Source of the DNA: Chlorogloeopsis sp. ULAP01
GTDB taxonomy: Bacteria > Cyanobacteriota > Cyanobacteriia > Cyanobacteriales > Nostocaceae
Direction: 5' to 3'
NCBI RefSeq assembly: GCF_030381805.1
Contig: NZ_JAUDRH010000016.1
Coordinates: forward strand, 69,711-133,710
DNA length: 64,000 nucleotides
Every line of letters begins with the position of its first letter. The first letter of the stretch is position 1. Shown piece by piece: positions 44,488-57,300 of this stretch. A program made the translations under genes and the position numbers. Below the pieces are notes generated by a model, which worked only from the letters and a program-made list of their open reading frames with translations, was not told the DNA's origin and made no database searches.

Positions 44488-45006
44488 TTAGGCAACTGCA
44501 GCAGCAGCGCGATCAAAGTAGCTAGCCAATTCAGACATCAAAGAATTGCAATCACCTTTGGTGATACCGTTCGGGTCGTTAGCAATGTTGATTGCAGCTT
44601 CTTTCATCTTTTGAACACCAGCTGCTACGGAAGAACCGGGAGTACCCAAAGCTTGGTAGGTTTCGCGCAAGCCGTTCAAGCAACGGTCATCCAATACACT
44701 AGCGTCACCAGCCAATGCAGCGTAGGTGACATAGCGCAAGATGATTTCCATGTCGCGGAGGCAAGCAGCCATGCGACGGTTTGTGTAAGCATTACCACCA
44801 GGAGCAATCAGCTGGGGCTGCTCTTCAAACAAAGCACGAGCAGCGTTGGTTACGATGGTGGAAGCATTGCTGGTGATGCGGTTAACGGCATCCAAGCGCT
44901 TGTTACCGTCTTTAACCAGATTGCTTAGAGCATCTAGTTGATCGTTGCTCAGGAACTCACCTCTGGAGTCGGCTTGAGAAACCACCTTGGCAAATGCGTC
45001 TAACAT
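44488..45006 (-). CDS. cpcB: C-phycocyanin beta subunit
   Basis: 172 aa, [27 protein letters not shown]... Confidence 0.95.
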   Translation of the reverse strand: MLDAFAKVVSQADSRGEFLSNDQLDALSNLVKDGNKRLDAVNRITSNASTIVTNAARALFEEQPQLIAPGGNAYTNRRMAACLRDMEIILRYVTYAALAGDASVLDDRCLNGLRETYQALGTPGSSVAAGVQKMKEAAINIANDPNGITKGDCNSLMSELASYFDRAAAAVA

Positions 45007-45703
45007 GGAATATTCTCCTAATTCCTTAGTTGAGTGCTGTCTTGATTAAAACTGGCAATGTTTTATCAGTGTGGATTGGTTAATCACAGACCATGAATGA
45101 GAGTGTTTCTCTTTTTCTTCTGAGTCATTTCCCATTTTTCAAGTTAAACGAGAAAAATGAGAAACTGGAGTGTTTTTATGAGAAACTGGCAAACTTTACG
45201 AATTGATTGCCATCTTTAACTTTTGCCTGCTGTTTAACCCCTCCAGCTTATGTTTATACAATGCTATAGGGGCATTATCTGTTACAAATTATGAATAAAT
45301 GAGATAGACCAATAAGAAAAGCCTCAAAAGCTTTACATACAAGGGCTGTAACTGAGAATAAGCAGTTGTTTTGCGTAACAAAACTTTGTAAATAATCGAA
45401 ATGAAGCGCAATGTTTCTTTGTTTAGATTTTTTTAACTTTTGCCAAAAGGCATATATAACAACCTATTGAAGTTGTATATAAATTTGGTACATATAGGGT
45501 AATGTGTAAAGATTTCTTAACAAAAAAGTTTTAAATATTGCGGCTAGTTGCTGAAATTTGTCACTACCAGAGAAACTTGAAGAGAAGGGTAGGTATTAAT
45601 ACTAAAAACAAAGCTACTGTAAAAACAGCATCAAGAGGGGAGAAGACAAAAGTATTTATGTCTCCCAATCCTGCTCATATTTTGATTCTGTTGTCTGTAA
45701 CTT

Positions 45704-46333
45704 CTATAGCAGAATTTTTTCTAAAGCTGCTGCAATTCGCGATCGCACAACTTGATCCGGTTCTCGATCAAGTGCTGCCATTAAAGCAGAGTGAGCTTCT
45801 GACGTAGCAATTTCCTGCAAAGAAACAGCAGCTGCATAACGCAGTCCCCAATCGTCTGGCGTGAGCAATGCCCAAGTCAGTTTTTGGACAACACGGCAGA
45901 TAGTTTCTGCATCTTTTGTCGTGCTGCCTATTTTCCCCAACCCACGTGCGGCAATACGGCGGACATTGCCCTGACAATGATTGGCGACTTCTGTACCGAC
46001 TACCTCCGCGAATAAATCAGATGCTGTGCGATCGCCTATTTGAGCTAAAGCTTGAATGATATGTGCTTGTAAACCTTGATCGCGAGAGTTATAGTAATTA
46101 CTAATTAGTGGTTCTACGGTCGCAGGTGCCAGCTTTACTAGAACTTCAACTGCTGCTGCACTCACAGAAGGATGATGATGACTTAAAGCTTGAATCAAAG
46201 CAGAAATCGCTGCTGTTTCCGTAGTTTCACTAGCAGCTATGGCAGCAATTGCAGAAACTGCATCTGCTGGCAATGAAGCAGAGTTTAATTGGGAAATGAG
46301 TTGCTGGCTATCTGTAAATTTCAGTGTATTCAT
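45704..46333 (-). CDS. pecF: phycoerythrocyanin lyase/isomerase subunit PecF
   Basis: 209-aa HEAT-repeat protein downstream of pecE. Assigned by position in the pec operon. Confidence 0.75.
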   Translation of the reverse strand: MNTLKFTDSQQLISQLNSASLPADAVSAIAAIAASETTETAAISALIQALSHHHPSVSAAAVEVLVKLAPATVEPLISNYYNSRDQGLQAHIIQALAQIGDRTASDLFAEVVGTEVANHCQGNVRRIAARGLGKIGSTTKDAETICRVVQKLTWALLTPDDWGLRYAAAVSLQEIATSEAHSALMAALDREPDQVVRSRIAAALEKILL

Positions 46334-46625
46334 TGTTGCTAGATAAATAGTGCAGATATAAAAAAAGGGACTAGGTACTAGGGATTGGGGATTAGATGAC
46401 TAGAGCCTGTTTTCAAACTAGCCGACACCTCAAGAGCGCGGCTATATGAACAAAGTCCGCCGAGGCGGACTATAAGAAATTAAGATTTTGAGCCTGCTTT
46501 TGGCAGGCTTTGTTTGTGCAGCCTCAGGCTAAAACCTGAAGGCGTTTGGAGTCTGAAAATACGCTCTAAAGATTAGGAAAAAGTCTTCCCAATCACTAAT
46601 CCCCTATACCCAATCCCCAGCCACT

Positions 46626-47471
46626 TCACAACTGAATTAACAAATCATCAATTGCTTGGAACAGTAACTGTGTTATTTCCTTGTCAGAGTCTTTCTTGGA
46701 TGTATTGTATCCACCGCCATCCTCACAAGGGCGATCGCTATTTAACAAAGCTTCGAGAATGCGTTTCAAATTTAACAGCTTTAAACTGTTGGCAACCGGA
46801 GCTGCCAGAATTGCATCTACAGCTTGGCGATGCCCAACAGCTCCCAAATCAAATATTGCTGCCCAGCGTAAATACATATTGTCATGGTTAAGATTTTTGA
46901 CAATACGTTCAATATATTGAGGTTCTTGAGTTAAAAGATACAAATATCGCGCCGCAGCACATTGTACTCGCTCAGAAGAATGATTGAGATAAGATTCTAC
47001 CAGGGGACGAGCAGACCATACTTGCAAAGTGGCTAGCGCTTCAATTAGAGCTTCATAAGGCTGCTGTTGACTCGATTGCAACAGATTCAGTAAAGGATTA
47101 ACAGCGTGCTTGTCACCAATAGCTGCTAAAGCCTGAATCACCGCTTCTCGCAAGCCCATGTCCTCATCACATTCCAACGCTTTAACTAACGCTGGTACTG
47201 CTTGCGGATTTTTGAGTTGCCCTAATGCTCGTGCAGCTTGACGACGTAGGGGATAACCTCCTGATGGGATGCGATAACCATCATCAAACAGAGCTTCACA
47301 CAATGCCGTACAACCTGCTTGTACCTGATGCTTTCCCAACCACCAAGCAGCGTAATAGCGGATTTGATTATCTTCACCACTTAATGCCGCGATCGCTGCT
47401 TCTGGAGAAAGAATTGGTTCGGCAGAATAAGCAGCAGTCATACGATTTTGGATTTTAGATTTTGGAGCCAC
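46626..47471 (-). CDS. pecE: phycoerythrocyanin lyase/isomerase subunit PecE
   Basis: 281-aa HEAT-repeat protein (IRYYAAWWLGKHQ). Confidence 0.8.
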   Translation of the reverse strand: MAPKSKIQNRMTAAYSAEPILSPEAAIAALSGEDNQIRYYAAWWLGKHQVQAGCTALCEALFDDGYRIPSGGYPLRRQAARALGQLKNPQAVPALVKALECDEDMGLREAVIQALAAIGDKHAVNPLLNLLQSSQQQPYEALIEALATLQVWSARPLVESYLNHSSERVQCAAARYLYLLTQEPQYIERIVKNLNHDNMYLRWAAIFDLGAVGHRQAVDAILAAPVANSLKLLNLKRILEALLNSDRPCEDGGGYNTSKKDSDKEITQLLFQAIDDLLIQL

Positions 47472-47637
47472 TGCGTTGCGGAGGTTCCCTCCGTTGTAGC
47501 AAGTGGCGTGATTTTGGATTGGGGATCGGGAAGAAAAGGATAAGGAGGCGAGGGAGGTAAGGAAGTGATAAGAGTAAATTCTTCCCCATCTTCTCTATCC
47601 CCCTCATCTGTTGCTCTTCCACTCTCCCCCTCCTCTT

Positions 47638-48477
47638 TTACGAGGCTGGCGTAATTTTAACTATCTTGCCACCACGCTTGTGTATTTCTTGGTATGTGGC
47701 TGAAAGTCGCTCGTAAGGCACAGTGTAAATTTGTCTGCTGCGACGTACTGCTACTTTGGTGTTTAATGTACCAGTGATCGCTTCGACAACAAACATCCGA
47801 GAATCTCCTAATGCAGGAGAACTGATTAATGTCGGTGCGGCTGATGCAAAGCCAGCAGCTGGTGATGAAGGTGGCACAATCATATTTGCCATATTCATCG
47901 AAATTTTTGACCGCAGCCGCGAACTTTTGCTACCAAACTGGGCGTTATCGCTATTACCTCTGCCACGGTAAAGCTCGAAAATACGGTTGTATCCTACGGT
48001 TTTCATCCCAGGAATTGACTGAAAGCCACGGAAATAGGGAACGACAAAATTACCGAAGGCGTTGTCGTATTCTGGGCTGTAAATGTAAGATTCTATTTCG
48101 GCGTCGTAACCACCAGAAGCATAAAGATCTACGTGGAATGCAATCTCTGATTGATCGTAGGGTGCACGTCCTAGCAAGTGCTTATAGTTCAATTCAATGA
48201 ACCGCACTTGAGAATTCTTGTAAAAGAAGCACTCTTTGTAAAACTCGGATTTAGCTAAAAGCTCAACAAATTGTTTGACGCTGATTTTACCGTTGCGTAA
48301 TAAAGCTTCGGCGCTTATAAATCTTTGACTGGCATATACTCCTTGACGCCCAAAAACTTGCTCGTAGGCTGCACGAAATATCAATTGCAGTTCATCTTCG
48401 CTCCAATTTGAGCGCAATTCAACTTTGTTGCCGATTTCGTCTCTAATTCCAAAGCGTTCTGCGACTGAAGTAGTCAT
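47638..48477 (-). CDS. pecC: phycoerythrocyanin-associated rod linker (PecC)
   Basis: 279 aa. Linker domain plus CpcD-like C-terminus. Downstream of pecA. Confidence 0.85.
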   Translation of the reverse strand: MTTSVAERFGIRDEIGNKVELRSNWSEDELQLIFRAAYEQVFGRQGVYASQRFISAEALLRNGKISVKQFVELLAKSEFYKECFFYKNSQVRFIELNYKHLLGRAPYDQSEIAFHVDLYASGGYDAEIESYIYSPEYDNAFGNFVVPYFRGFQSIPGMKTVGYNRIFELYRGRGNSDNAQFGSKSSRLRSKISMNMANMIVPPSSPAAGFASAAPTLISSPALGDSRMFVVEAITGTLNTKVAVRRSRQIYTVPYERLSATYQEIHKRGGKIVKITPAS

Positions 48478-48530
48478 CTTGACAATCGCTCCATTCTATT
48501 TCGTTTCTTTTTAAAACACGATTAATGGCT

Positions 48531-48650
48531 AATTGCCAATTGCTAATTGTTAATTGCTAAATGCTAATTGTATTTTTCATCAGCTATTAGCTATTAACCA
48601 TCAGCCATTAACCATTAGCCATTAAGCAAGGACAAAGACACTAGCTATTT
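48531..48650. repeat. STRR heptamer arrays (AATTGCT / ATTAGCC)
   Basis: taattgccaattgctaattgttaattgctaaatgctaattg ... cagctattagctattaaccatcagccattaaccattagccattaagc. Confidence 0.7.
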
Positions 48651-48654
48651 GGGA

Positions 48655-49143
48655 TTAGCTCAATGCGTTAATCGCATAATTAATGTAGGTATTAGCTTCA
48701 CCAGCAACGTCACCAGACAAACCATGATTGTCGCGGACAAATTCAAGAGCAGCTATGTACCAGCTAGGAGATAAACCAAGAGCGTTGTTGAATTCCTTCA
48801 AGCCTGCAACTACATAATCATCCAAGGGGCCAGTACCACCAACTACACAACAGTAGCTAATTGTACGCAAATAGTGGTCAATATCACGTACACACTTTGA
48901 TTTACCTTCTGGAGTAGAAGCGTATTGTGGCCCTTGCATTTGGGTAGTGTAAGGGAATTTTTGATAAACGTGATTGGCTGCAGCTTCCGCCCATTTTTTA
49001 CCATTTTGAGCAAATGCTCTGGCGGCTTCTAAGCCAGCACGAGCACGATTAAAACGACCAAATACTGCTTGTAATTCAGTGTTGCTTAGGTAAGAACCGC
49101 GAACATCTGCGGCGGCGATCGCTTCAGTCAATGGGGTTTTCAT
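48655..49143 (-). CDS. pecA: phycoerythrocyanin alpha subunit
   Basis: 162 aa, [44 protein letters not shown]..., a PecA-type alpha with the phycoviolobilin site Cys. Confidence 0.9.
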   Translation of the reverse strand: MKTPLTEAIAAADVRGSYLSNTELQAVFGRFNRARAGLEAARAFAQNGKKWAEAAANHVYQKFPYTTQMQGPQYASTPEGKSKCVRDIDHYLRTISYCCVVGGTGPLDDYVVAGLKEFNNALGLSPSWYIAALEFVRDNHGLSGDVAGEANTYINYAINALS

Positions 49144-49293
49144 AATTTGCTTAATCTCCGAAAACTTGTCAACTAACTACTAAAAAATTTGAAAAATCTT
49201 TGCTTCAAATGTCGCACACTTAATTTTCATTGCTATGTCCTTCGTAATGACAAAGGACATTTTCAAAAAAGCGCAATGTACGACAAAAACATA

Positions 49294-49812
49294 TTAAGCA
49301 ACAGCAGCAGCAGCACGGTCAAAATAACTAGCTACTTCAGACATTAATTGACTACAATCGCCTCTGGTAATTCCGTTAGGATCGTTAGCAATTTGAAGTG
49401 CAGCTTCTTTCATTTTTTGAATTCCAGAAGCGACAGCATCGCCAGGAGTACCAAGAGCTTGATATGTTTCACGCAAACCGTTCAAGCAGCGATCGTCCAT
49501 AGCACTGGTATCGCCTGCTAGTACGGAATAAGTTACATAACGCAGAATGAATCCCAGATCGCGGATGCAAGCAGCTTGGTTGCGATGGTGGAAGCAAGCA
49601 CCGCCAGGATTAAATACTTGCGGACGTTCTGCTACTAAAGCACGATAAGCATTCGCCACAATGGAGGAAGCATTGCTAGTGAGTCGGTTGACTACATCCA
49701 AGCGCTTATTGCTATCAGCAACTACTGCCTGGAGAGCATTAATTTCATCACCACTCAGGTAAGCACCTTTTTTATCAGCTTGTTCAACGACTCTAGAAAA
49801 AGCGTCAAGCAT
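49294..49812 (-). CDS. pecB: phycoerythrocyanin beta subunit
   Basis: 172 aa, [38 protein letters not shown]... First gene of the pec operon. Confidence 0.85.
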   Translation of the reverse strand: MLDAFSRVVEQADKKGAYLSGDEINALQAVVADSNKRLDVVNRLTSNASSIVANAYRALVAERPQVFNPGGACFHHRNQAACIRDLGFILRYVTYSVLAGDTSAMDDRCLNGLRETYQALGTPGDAVASGIQKMKEAALQIANDPNGITRGDCSQLMSEVASYFDRAAAAVA

Positions 49813-50482
49813 CTTTAATTTTCTCCTCGATTTTATGGCAGCTATTTCAAACTGTTATAGTTAGCTTTGTGTCGGTCAAAAGTAATTGTTTTTTCAAGAC
49901 AGTGAGGCAATATAAAACTGGCAATAAGTACGCATCTATACTCATGAAATATCATGAATATATGCAATAGTTTGCCCAAAAATTTTTACGTTTGTCTTGA
50001 TATTAGGAATTACTTTCAAACCTTGTTCGTATTTTATATATTGCTTGTATTCTTTTTTTGTGAACTTTATTTAATAAGTGTAAAACCCTAGCTAATTACC
50101 CACAATTTATTGAAGCATCAAGCTTTTAGCTATATTAATTTGAGCGCACATTTACAATTGAATACTTTTGTTTATTTAAGTTAATATAATTTGGCTGTAA
50201 AATATTTTGTAATAAAAATAACAAATAAGCTAAACTTATTTGACATTAATAAAGTCTAGTCAGATTTAGCACATCTTGCTCTCTCAAAAAATTCTGTATT
50301 TTATGTAACTCTTTTATTCCCTTCTTTACTGAGTCAAAATACTTAAAACTCTAAAACCTTAATTTACTGAAACCATCATGACAGAATTCAGATATTTCCC
50401 GGTTTGACTATAACTTTGATACTGGGGATCGTGTAAAGTTCTGTAAAGATGAGTTAAGAAAATTCGGAAAAATTTCTCATTT

Positions 50483-51484
50483 TTAGCTCCAAGGAGAGAT
50501 GCCAACTCGTCGCCGTAAAACTTCGAGTAGAGTTGTGAATGTTTGTGGAACAGGCGCAGTGACTTCAACCCAGTCTCCAGATAACGGATGCTGTAATCTT
50601 AATCGCCAAGCATGGAGTGCTTGCCCTGGTAAATTTACACCGATAGAACGACCTGAACTATAAACAGGATCGCCGACAATAGGATGACCAATATGTGAAC
50701 TATGGACGCGAATTTGATGGGTACGTCCGGTTTCGAGTTGAAAATGCATCAATGTATAGTTACCCAGGCGTTCTAATACTCGCCAATGGGTTACCGCAGA
50801 ACGTCCTCCTTGTTCTACGGGCAGGATAGCCATTTTTTTGCGATCTACAGGATGACGGCCGATCGCAAAATCAACAGTACCACTTTCTGTTTTCGGCGCA
50901 CCGTAGACAATGCCTAAGTATTCTCGGCGTGCAGTTTTAGCTTTGAGTTGTGCTTGTAGGTGTTGATGAGCCAATTCGGTTTTGGCAATAGCGATCGCTC
51001 CTGTTGTATCCTTGTCTAACCTGTGGACAATTCCCGGACGCTGTACTCCACCAATTCCTGGTAGGTTGGGACAATGAGCTAAAATCGCATTAACCAAGGT
51101 ACCATCAGGATGACCAGGTGCAGGATGAACTACTAACCCCGCAGCTTTGTTGAGAATCAGCAGTTGATCGTCTTCGTAGAGGATGTCTAGGGGAATATCT
51201 TCTGCTTGCAGTTTGAGGGGTTCAGCAGCAGGAATTTCTAGCGTGATGCGATCGCCTACTTTAACGTTTGCCTTTTTAGACGTGCAGACTTTGCCGTTAA
51301 CTTGGATGTTACCTTGTTCAATTAACTGTTGAATACGAGAACGAGATAAATCTGTTAATTTTCCGGCAAGGTAGCGATCTAGACGTTCTCCTTGTTCTTC
51401 TACTTGTAAACTAATTTCGCTCACAGTTGCGTTGATTGAATTTTCAGTTTTTGTAGTTTCTGTTAGTGCTGCCGATAACGTCAA
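50483..51484 (-). CDS. rluD: 23S rRNA pseudouridine synthase, RluD family
   Basis: 333 aa. N-terminal S4 domain. Catalytic motif HRLDKDTTG. RluA-family signature. Confidence 0.85.
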   Translation of the reverse strand: MTLSAALTETTKTENSINATVSEISLQVEEQGERLDRYLAGKLTDLSRSRIQQLIEQGNIQVNGKVCTSKKANVKVGDRITLEIPAAEPLKLQAEDIPLDILYEDDQLLILNKAAGLVVHPAPGHPDGTLVNAILAHCPNLPGIGGVQRPGIVHRLDKDTTGAIAIAKTELAHQHLQAQLKAKTARREYLGIVYGAPKTESGTVDFAIGRHPVDRKKMAILPVEQGGRSAVTHWRVLERLGNYTLMHFQLETGRTHQIRVHSSHIGHPIVGDPVYSSGRSIGVNLPGQALHAWRLRLQHPLSGDWVEVTAPVPQTFTTLLEVLRRRVGISPWS

Positions 51485-53065
51485 CAGTCTGCCATCAAGA
51501 CATTCAACCAGCCTAACTCAGATATAGATCATGTTTCGACTATCACAAGTTTTAGACTAGTAACTTTACTATTTTAACGAATGAATTTAGATACACAGCA
51601 CAGAAAGCTTGAACAATAGTAGCAATACTGGCTGATATCCATTATCATTTTCAAGCTTATACCAAACATTAAATTGGTATTAAAAGTTTACCGTCGTTAC
51701 ACAAGAATATTGTTTTTTATGTAACAAACTCTTTTCATCTGTAATTTACTACACAAAATACATCAATATTTTGATATTCAAACACAATAATTTTGATGTA
51801 TCGGTGTTTTATTTAGTTATTAAGTATTGCTGTAAATAATACATTATTTTCAAACTCAAAACCGGAAAATTTTAACATAAAAACAATTAGAACTTTTTTG
51901 TGATTATCAAGTTTTTTATTAAAATATTTCTCCTTATGTGTAGTCTGTGATTAAATAAGTAGATATTGTCAAAGTATTGATATTTACTATCTTTCCTGCC
52001 TGTATAATATATTAACTATTAGCCATTTATTGAGTTATTACTAACTCAGAACCAACTTAATTTGAGTATTTTTTATTCTGATTTATATTTTATCCGGATT
52101 CAAATCAGATTCTTTGAATATTTATTTCAGTAGTAAAGATAATAGTATTTTTACTGTTGCTTATGCTTTCTAGTAAACTTACCTAATGCTTAGTCACACA
52201 AATGTGAAAAAAGGTAAGAGCAGAAAACTAGAACCAATAGCGATATTTATTACTGATAGTTACTGGAGTAATAGCAACTATGAAGACATCAAATTATTCA
52301 GATTTATATAAAAATTAGATATTTCTAATAATTTATTTTGTGTCAATGCATTTATCATTACTCTTTAACAAAGATAGAATCATCGGATTCTATACTTTTT
52401 TGTTATTTTTGTACAAATCGAAGCGATAAAGAGTAAATTTATTATTGTCTTTACTATAATAATTAAAATAAAAAGTTTTCATGTTTTATTTAATCGAATC
52501 TAATATTTTTAATGCATATCGTAAGTTTTTTTGTTAAAGTATAGTAATCTAAAAGTTAGTAATAAGCTTTTATTTTGAGTATGCACTGCACTTGTTTATT
52601 TAGCTCAAAACTAATAAATTGAGCAGATATATTTTCTAGGGTGAATCATCATCCAGATCATTAGGGCAATTCTCCAAATCATCAGGACTAAACTTGAAAA
52701 GTTGTTTTCGTTACATATGAAGAAAGTTTCTTCTTCTAGGCAAATAAAAGTTGCACCTTGTACTTTTTTGTTGCTGAGTTAAGCATCTACTTAGCAACTA
52801 CATAATGGGAGTTAGTTATTAGTGTCGTGCCAGCGAAGATTTTGCTGTTATTGAAAACAGAGCTTCACACAACAGTATTGTCGGTAGATCGAGTACTAGA
52901 GACAGTGAACTTTTAAGGGAAACTGCTTGTTGATACCTTAATACCCGATTCCTGATCGCTAGTACCGAATACAGACACTCGTTTCATGGCAACAATTAGA
53001 GCCATTTTGGTGTTTGGCAATAGCAAGGATACTTACCGAATTGAATTTGTAAACCTTGATTTCAT

Positions 53066-54181
53066 TTGAGAGCCATAGCCATGAAGGTACTTCCTATAAA
53101 TAGATACAGATTTTATCAATCACTACAACCACTATTTCTCCTCAAAAAAATTACTAGTAAATCAACTACTGGTTGTTTGCAAGTTTTTACAGCTTCAGCC
53201 TCTTGGTTAATCTATGTACGGGAGGGAAAATTAATTTATGCCTGCTGTACAGAGAAAATGTTTGAAATCCTTTACAAGCACTTACAGCATTTAAGTCAAA
53301 AAATTCCCACTCTCCATCATGGAATTAAAGAACACCTGCAAGCAATATTTGAAACTGGGATTGAAAATCAAGCAATACCGAATCCAGATTATTTAGCTAT
53401 TTGTTGGTTAGTTAAGCAAAAGTATCTTACACCTGCTCAAGCTGGAATTTTGATAGAACAGTTGGCGCTAGAAGTTTTAGAGCCTTTTTTGAACTTAAAA
53501 GAGGGAAGTTATGAATTTACTTCCTATAGTTTTCTTGATGAGATGCCAAAGTACTGTCATCTAGATATACGTTTACTTGTTGAATGCTGTCAAAAGCGAT
53601 CGCGGCAACATCTGGAAAATAAATCATCACAAAGTAGCTTATTTAGTAACAATACAAAATCGACAAGATTTAGTGCTATCAATGTGAATACGACTGCAAA
53701 TCCTGCTCAGTCGAAACCGACATTATCAAAACCAAGTACCAATAAGGTTTTGACTCACCGTATTGTCACCGAAAACCAAAATAGTCGATTTATTCTCCAA
53801 ACACCTACTGAGAAAAAAGTTCACAAAGTCTTATGTATTGATGACAGTCCAATAGTAGTTAATACTATTCAAAGATTTTTAGATGAGCAAATTTTTTCTA
53901 TCGTTGGTATTAATGAGTCATTGAAAGGTTTAGTACATATTATTCGTCTTCAACCAGACATAATTCTACTAGACATTGAGATGCCAAACATAGATGGTTA
54001 TGAACTGTGTTCTTTAGTACGCAATCATTCTTCTTTTAAAGAAACACCTATAATTATGATTACTGGCAGAACAAGTTTTATAGATAAAGCTAGAGCTAAA
54101 ATTGTCGGAGCTTCAGATTTTTTGAATAAGCCTTTTTCTCAAGCTGATTTAATCAAAATTCTCTTTCAATATATTGATTAA
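53066..54181 (+). CDS. PatA-type response regulator (N-terminal PATAN domain + C-terminal CheY-like receiver)
   Basis: 371 aa. C-terminal REC domain with LCIDDS, phospho-acceptor Asp in LLDIEMP, IMITG, LNKPF. An N-terminal domain of ~240 aa precedes the receiver, as in PatA/PixG/PilG-type regulators. Confidence 0.75.
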   Translation: MRAIAMKVLPINRYRFYQSLQPLFLLKKITSKSTTGCLQVFTASASWLIYVREGKLIYACCTEKMFEILYKHLQHLSQKIPTLHHGIKEHLQAIFETGIENQAIPNPDYLAICWLVKQKYLTPAQAGILIEQLALEVLEPFLNLKEGSYEFTSYSFLDEMPKYCHLDIRLLVECCQKRSRQHLENKSSQSSLFSNNTKSTRFSAINVNTTANPAQSKPTLSKPSTNKVLTHRIVTENQNSRFILQTPTEKKVHKVLCIDDSPIVVNTIQRFLDEQIFSIVGINESLKGLVHIIRLQPDIILLDIEMPNIDGYELCSLVRNHSSFKETPIIMITGRTSFIDKARAKIVGASDFLNKPFSQADLIKILFQYID

Positions 54182-54328
54182 TTTAGCAAAGACAGTAAGC
54201 TAAATTAGAACCAAAATATGGATGTTGAGATTTGTGGTTTGCAATTCTATAAATTTTCAAGCTTAGAGTAAGACAAAGTGTATCACTTGTTGGAAATTGA
54301 CAAACATTAGAGTATAGAGAAATACTTA

Positions 54329-57300
54329 ATGACTAATAGAATTGATGTCAACAAAAAAAATCGTAATTTCACACAAAATTCATTCACAGTTCCATCAGAA
54401 ACTGTAACTGTATTACAACCGAGAAGTTATTCTCCATATTCTCCTATTCGTAGTGTAATTCTATGGGTAAAGCAGGCGAGCTTACGTACTAAAGCAACTG
54501 CTTTTGCTGTTGCTATCTCTACCCTACCAATATTAGGAATTGGAGCATTTACTTATTACTTAGTTAATCAATCTTTGACAAAAGAAATAAGTAAGATAAA
54601 ACAAGCTAGTGCTATTGATTTATCGCACAATATTCAACAGTTCATGCTAGCACGAACTGGAGAAGTTCAGTTATTTGCCAGTCAAACTTTTCTTACTAAC
54701 TCTAAGCAGAGAAATAATACAAATTTTCTAGATAAAGAAGCAAGGATAAACAATTGGAAAGAAATTTATCAGTTCTATGAAAGCATCGCAATTTTAAAAC
54801 TAGATGGAGAAGTATATTTACAAACCCAAGGACAATCAATTCCTAATCAAAAAAATCAAGAATATTTTCAAGCAATCCTCAAAACCAGCCAACCTTATAT
54901 TAGTCAACCATTTACAACAAAAAATGCAGAACAGCCAAAAATACTGTTAGCTGTACCTGTGAAAGATAATGTCACAGATAAAACTATTTATATTCTTCAG
55001 GTTGTGATACCTGTGCAATCTTTAGCACAAACACTCAACAAACTGCCGGGAATTCGAGATGAATATCATCTCATAGATGAGACTGGAAAGGTTTTTTTGG
55101 CAAAGAACAAGAGTGATGTTGGTAAAGATGCTCAAAAAGTAATTCCTAGTTGGGAGGAATTGCAAAATGCAAATCAGATATTAACACGCATATTACCTGA
55201 TAAAAAAGGCCATGCTGAAGACTTAACAACCTACGTTCCCTGGCAAACAACAGAAGGTTTACCAGACTTAAATTGGAGCTTAGTTTTAAGTACAGATAAA
55301 GCCATTGCTTTGGCAACTCAAAGACAAATATTGCTGATATTAACAATTGGCATCATCGTTACAGCTGTACTGGTAGGTGCGATCGCTGCGATTTTAGCTA
55401 CCCGTCTTACCCTACCGATTCAAAATGCAACGATGGTAGTAAAAAAACTGGCTAGAGGTAACTTTGATACTCGAATTACCGTTCGTGGTGAAGATGAGTT
55501 TGCGACTTTGGGAGCCAGTATTAACCGCATGGCAGATCAACTGCAAGACTTGTTAAACAAGCAAAAAGCAGAAGCTGAACGCTTAAAGTTGTTCACAAAC
55601 ATCTCTGCCACAATTCGTCAGTCACTCAATTGCGAAGATTTATTTAACATAACAGTTACAGAAGCTCGACAAGCACTAGGAGCGCATCGAGTTGTTGTCT
55701 ATCACTTTAATGCTCACGGGCGCGGGCAAGTGGTAGCTGAGTCTGTTGCTCCAAGTTTGCCTGTGACTTTGGGAGACACGATTGAAGATGGCTCAATTGC
55801 CAGGCAGCTAATGGAAGCATACTCAATCGGTGGGGTGTTAGTTGCCAATAATATTTTTGAGATGGATTTTGCCCCTGAGTATCTCAAATTAATGGAACAA
55901 TTGGAAGTCAAAGCGATTTTGGCAACACCAATTCTCAAAGATAATCAAATCTTTGGTTTCCTGATGGCTCATTACTGCTGGGCGCCTCATGTTTGGCAAC
56001 CCTTTGAAATTAATTTCTTAAGGCAGTTAGCAGTGCAAGTTGGGCTTGCTTTAGAAAGAGTGAGTTTACTAGAGGTGAGCCAGGCATTGAAAGACTTTGC
56101 CATTTACTTATCTGGAAATCTCAACAGCCAAGAAATCTACAGTTTAGCAGTTCAAGGAATCCGTAAAGCTTTAAAGGTGGATCGAGTTGTCATTTGTCAA
56201 TTTGACGAGAAGTGGCAAGGCAATATTTTAGCCGAATCCGCAGTAGAGGGTTTACCTTGTGCTTTAGAAACAAAATTATCTGGTTTACAAGATTATGCAG
56301 ACAAGTATCGGCAAGGTGATGTGCTGGTAACCAATAACATTTACCAAGCAGGTTTTGCTGAGTCTTACATCAAACAACTCGAATCATTGGCAGTCAAAGC
56401 TCATCTAGAAGCACCTATTTTATCTGGAGGTAACGTGCTGGGATTGTTGATTGCCCATCAGTGTACAAGAACCCGCGTATGGCAGCAGGCAGAAATTGAT
56501 TTATTTGAGCAATTCACAAGACTTGTAGGATTAGCTTTAGAGCGAGCTAATCTTTTGGAGCAAAGCGAAAAAGCTTCCCTGCTCCAACGTCAGCAAACAG
56601 AACAATTACAACAGCAGCTGCTCAAACTAATAGATAATCTTGCTGGAGCTAAAAAAGGCGATCTGACAGTACGTGTGGAAGTTACAAAAGGAGAAGTAGG
56701 CGCGATCGCTGACTTTTGTAACTCAATGGTGGAAAACTTGCAAGATGTTGCAATTCAAGTCAAAGCAGCTGCAAACCAATTGAATGGCACAGTTGCAGAA
56801 AACTCTGGTGCGATCGCTCAATTAGCAATTGACGCATTTAAGCAGCAACAAGAAATCAGCCGTACCCTTGATGCTGTCGATCAAATTAGACTTTCAATGA
56901 AAGGCGTAGCCAAAAATGCCAGACTTGCCACAGCAGTAGCTCGTGCTGCCTCTCCCACCGCAGAAATCGGCGACACGGCAATGGATCTGACAGTAGAAAA
57001 TATCTTAAGTTTGCGAGAGGCAATGGGAGAAACAGCAAAAAAACTTAAGCGTCTTGGAGAATACTCGCAAAATATTTCTCGCTTGACTTCCTCCATTCAC
57101 AAAATTGCCCTACAAACTAATTTATTAGCCATTAACGCTGGTATTGAGGCGGCTCGTGTTGGTGGAGATAATCAAGGTTTTGCCTCCTTTTCTGAAGAAG
57201 TTGCTGCACTCGCAGTCGAAAGTGCCGGAGTAACTGGTGAAATAGAAGGAATGGTTGCCAATATCCAACTAGAAGTTATCGAAGTAGTTAAGGTGATGGA

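Noticed and set aside
45538-45807. 89-aa plus-strand ORF between cpcB and pecF
   Set aside because: Lies in the cpc promoter/leader and overlaps pecF 3' end. Lysine/arginine-rich with no motif. Likely spurious.
50359-50568. 69-aa minus-strand ORF
   Set aside because: Overlaps the 3' end of rluD in another frame and extends into AT-rich leader. No support.
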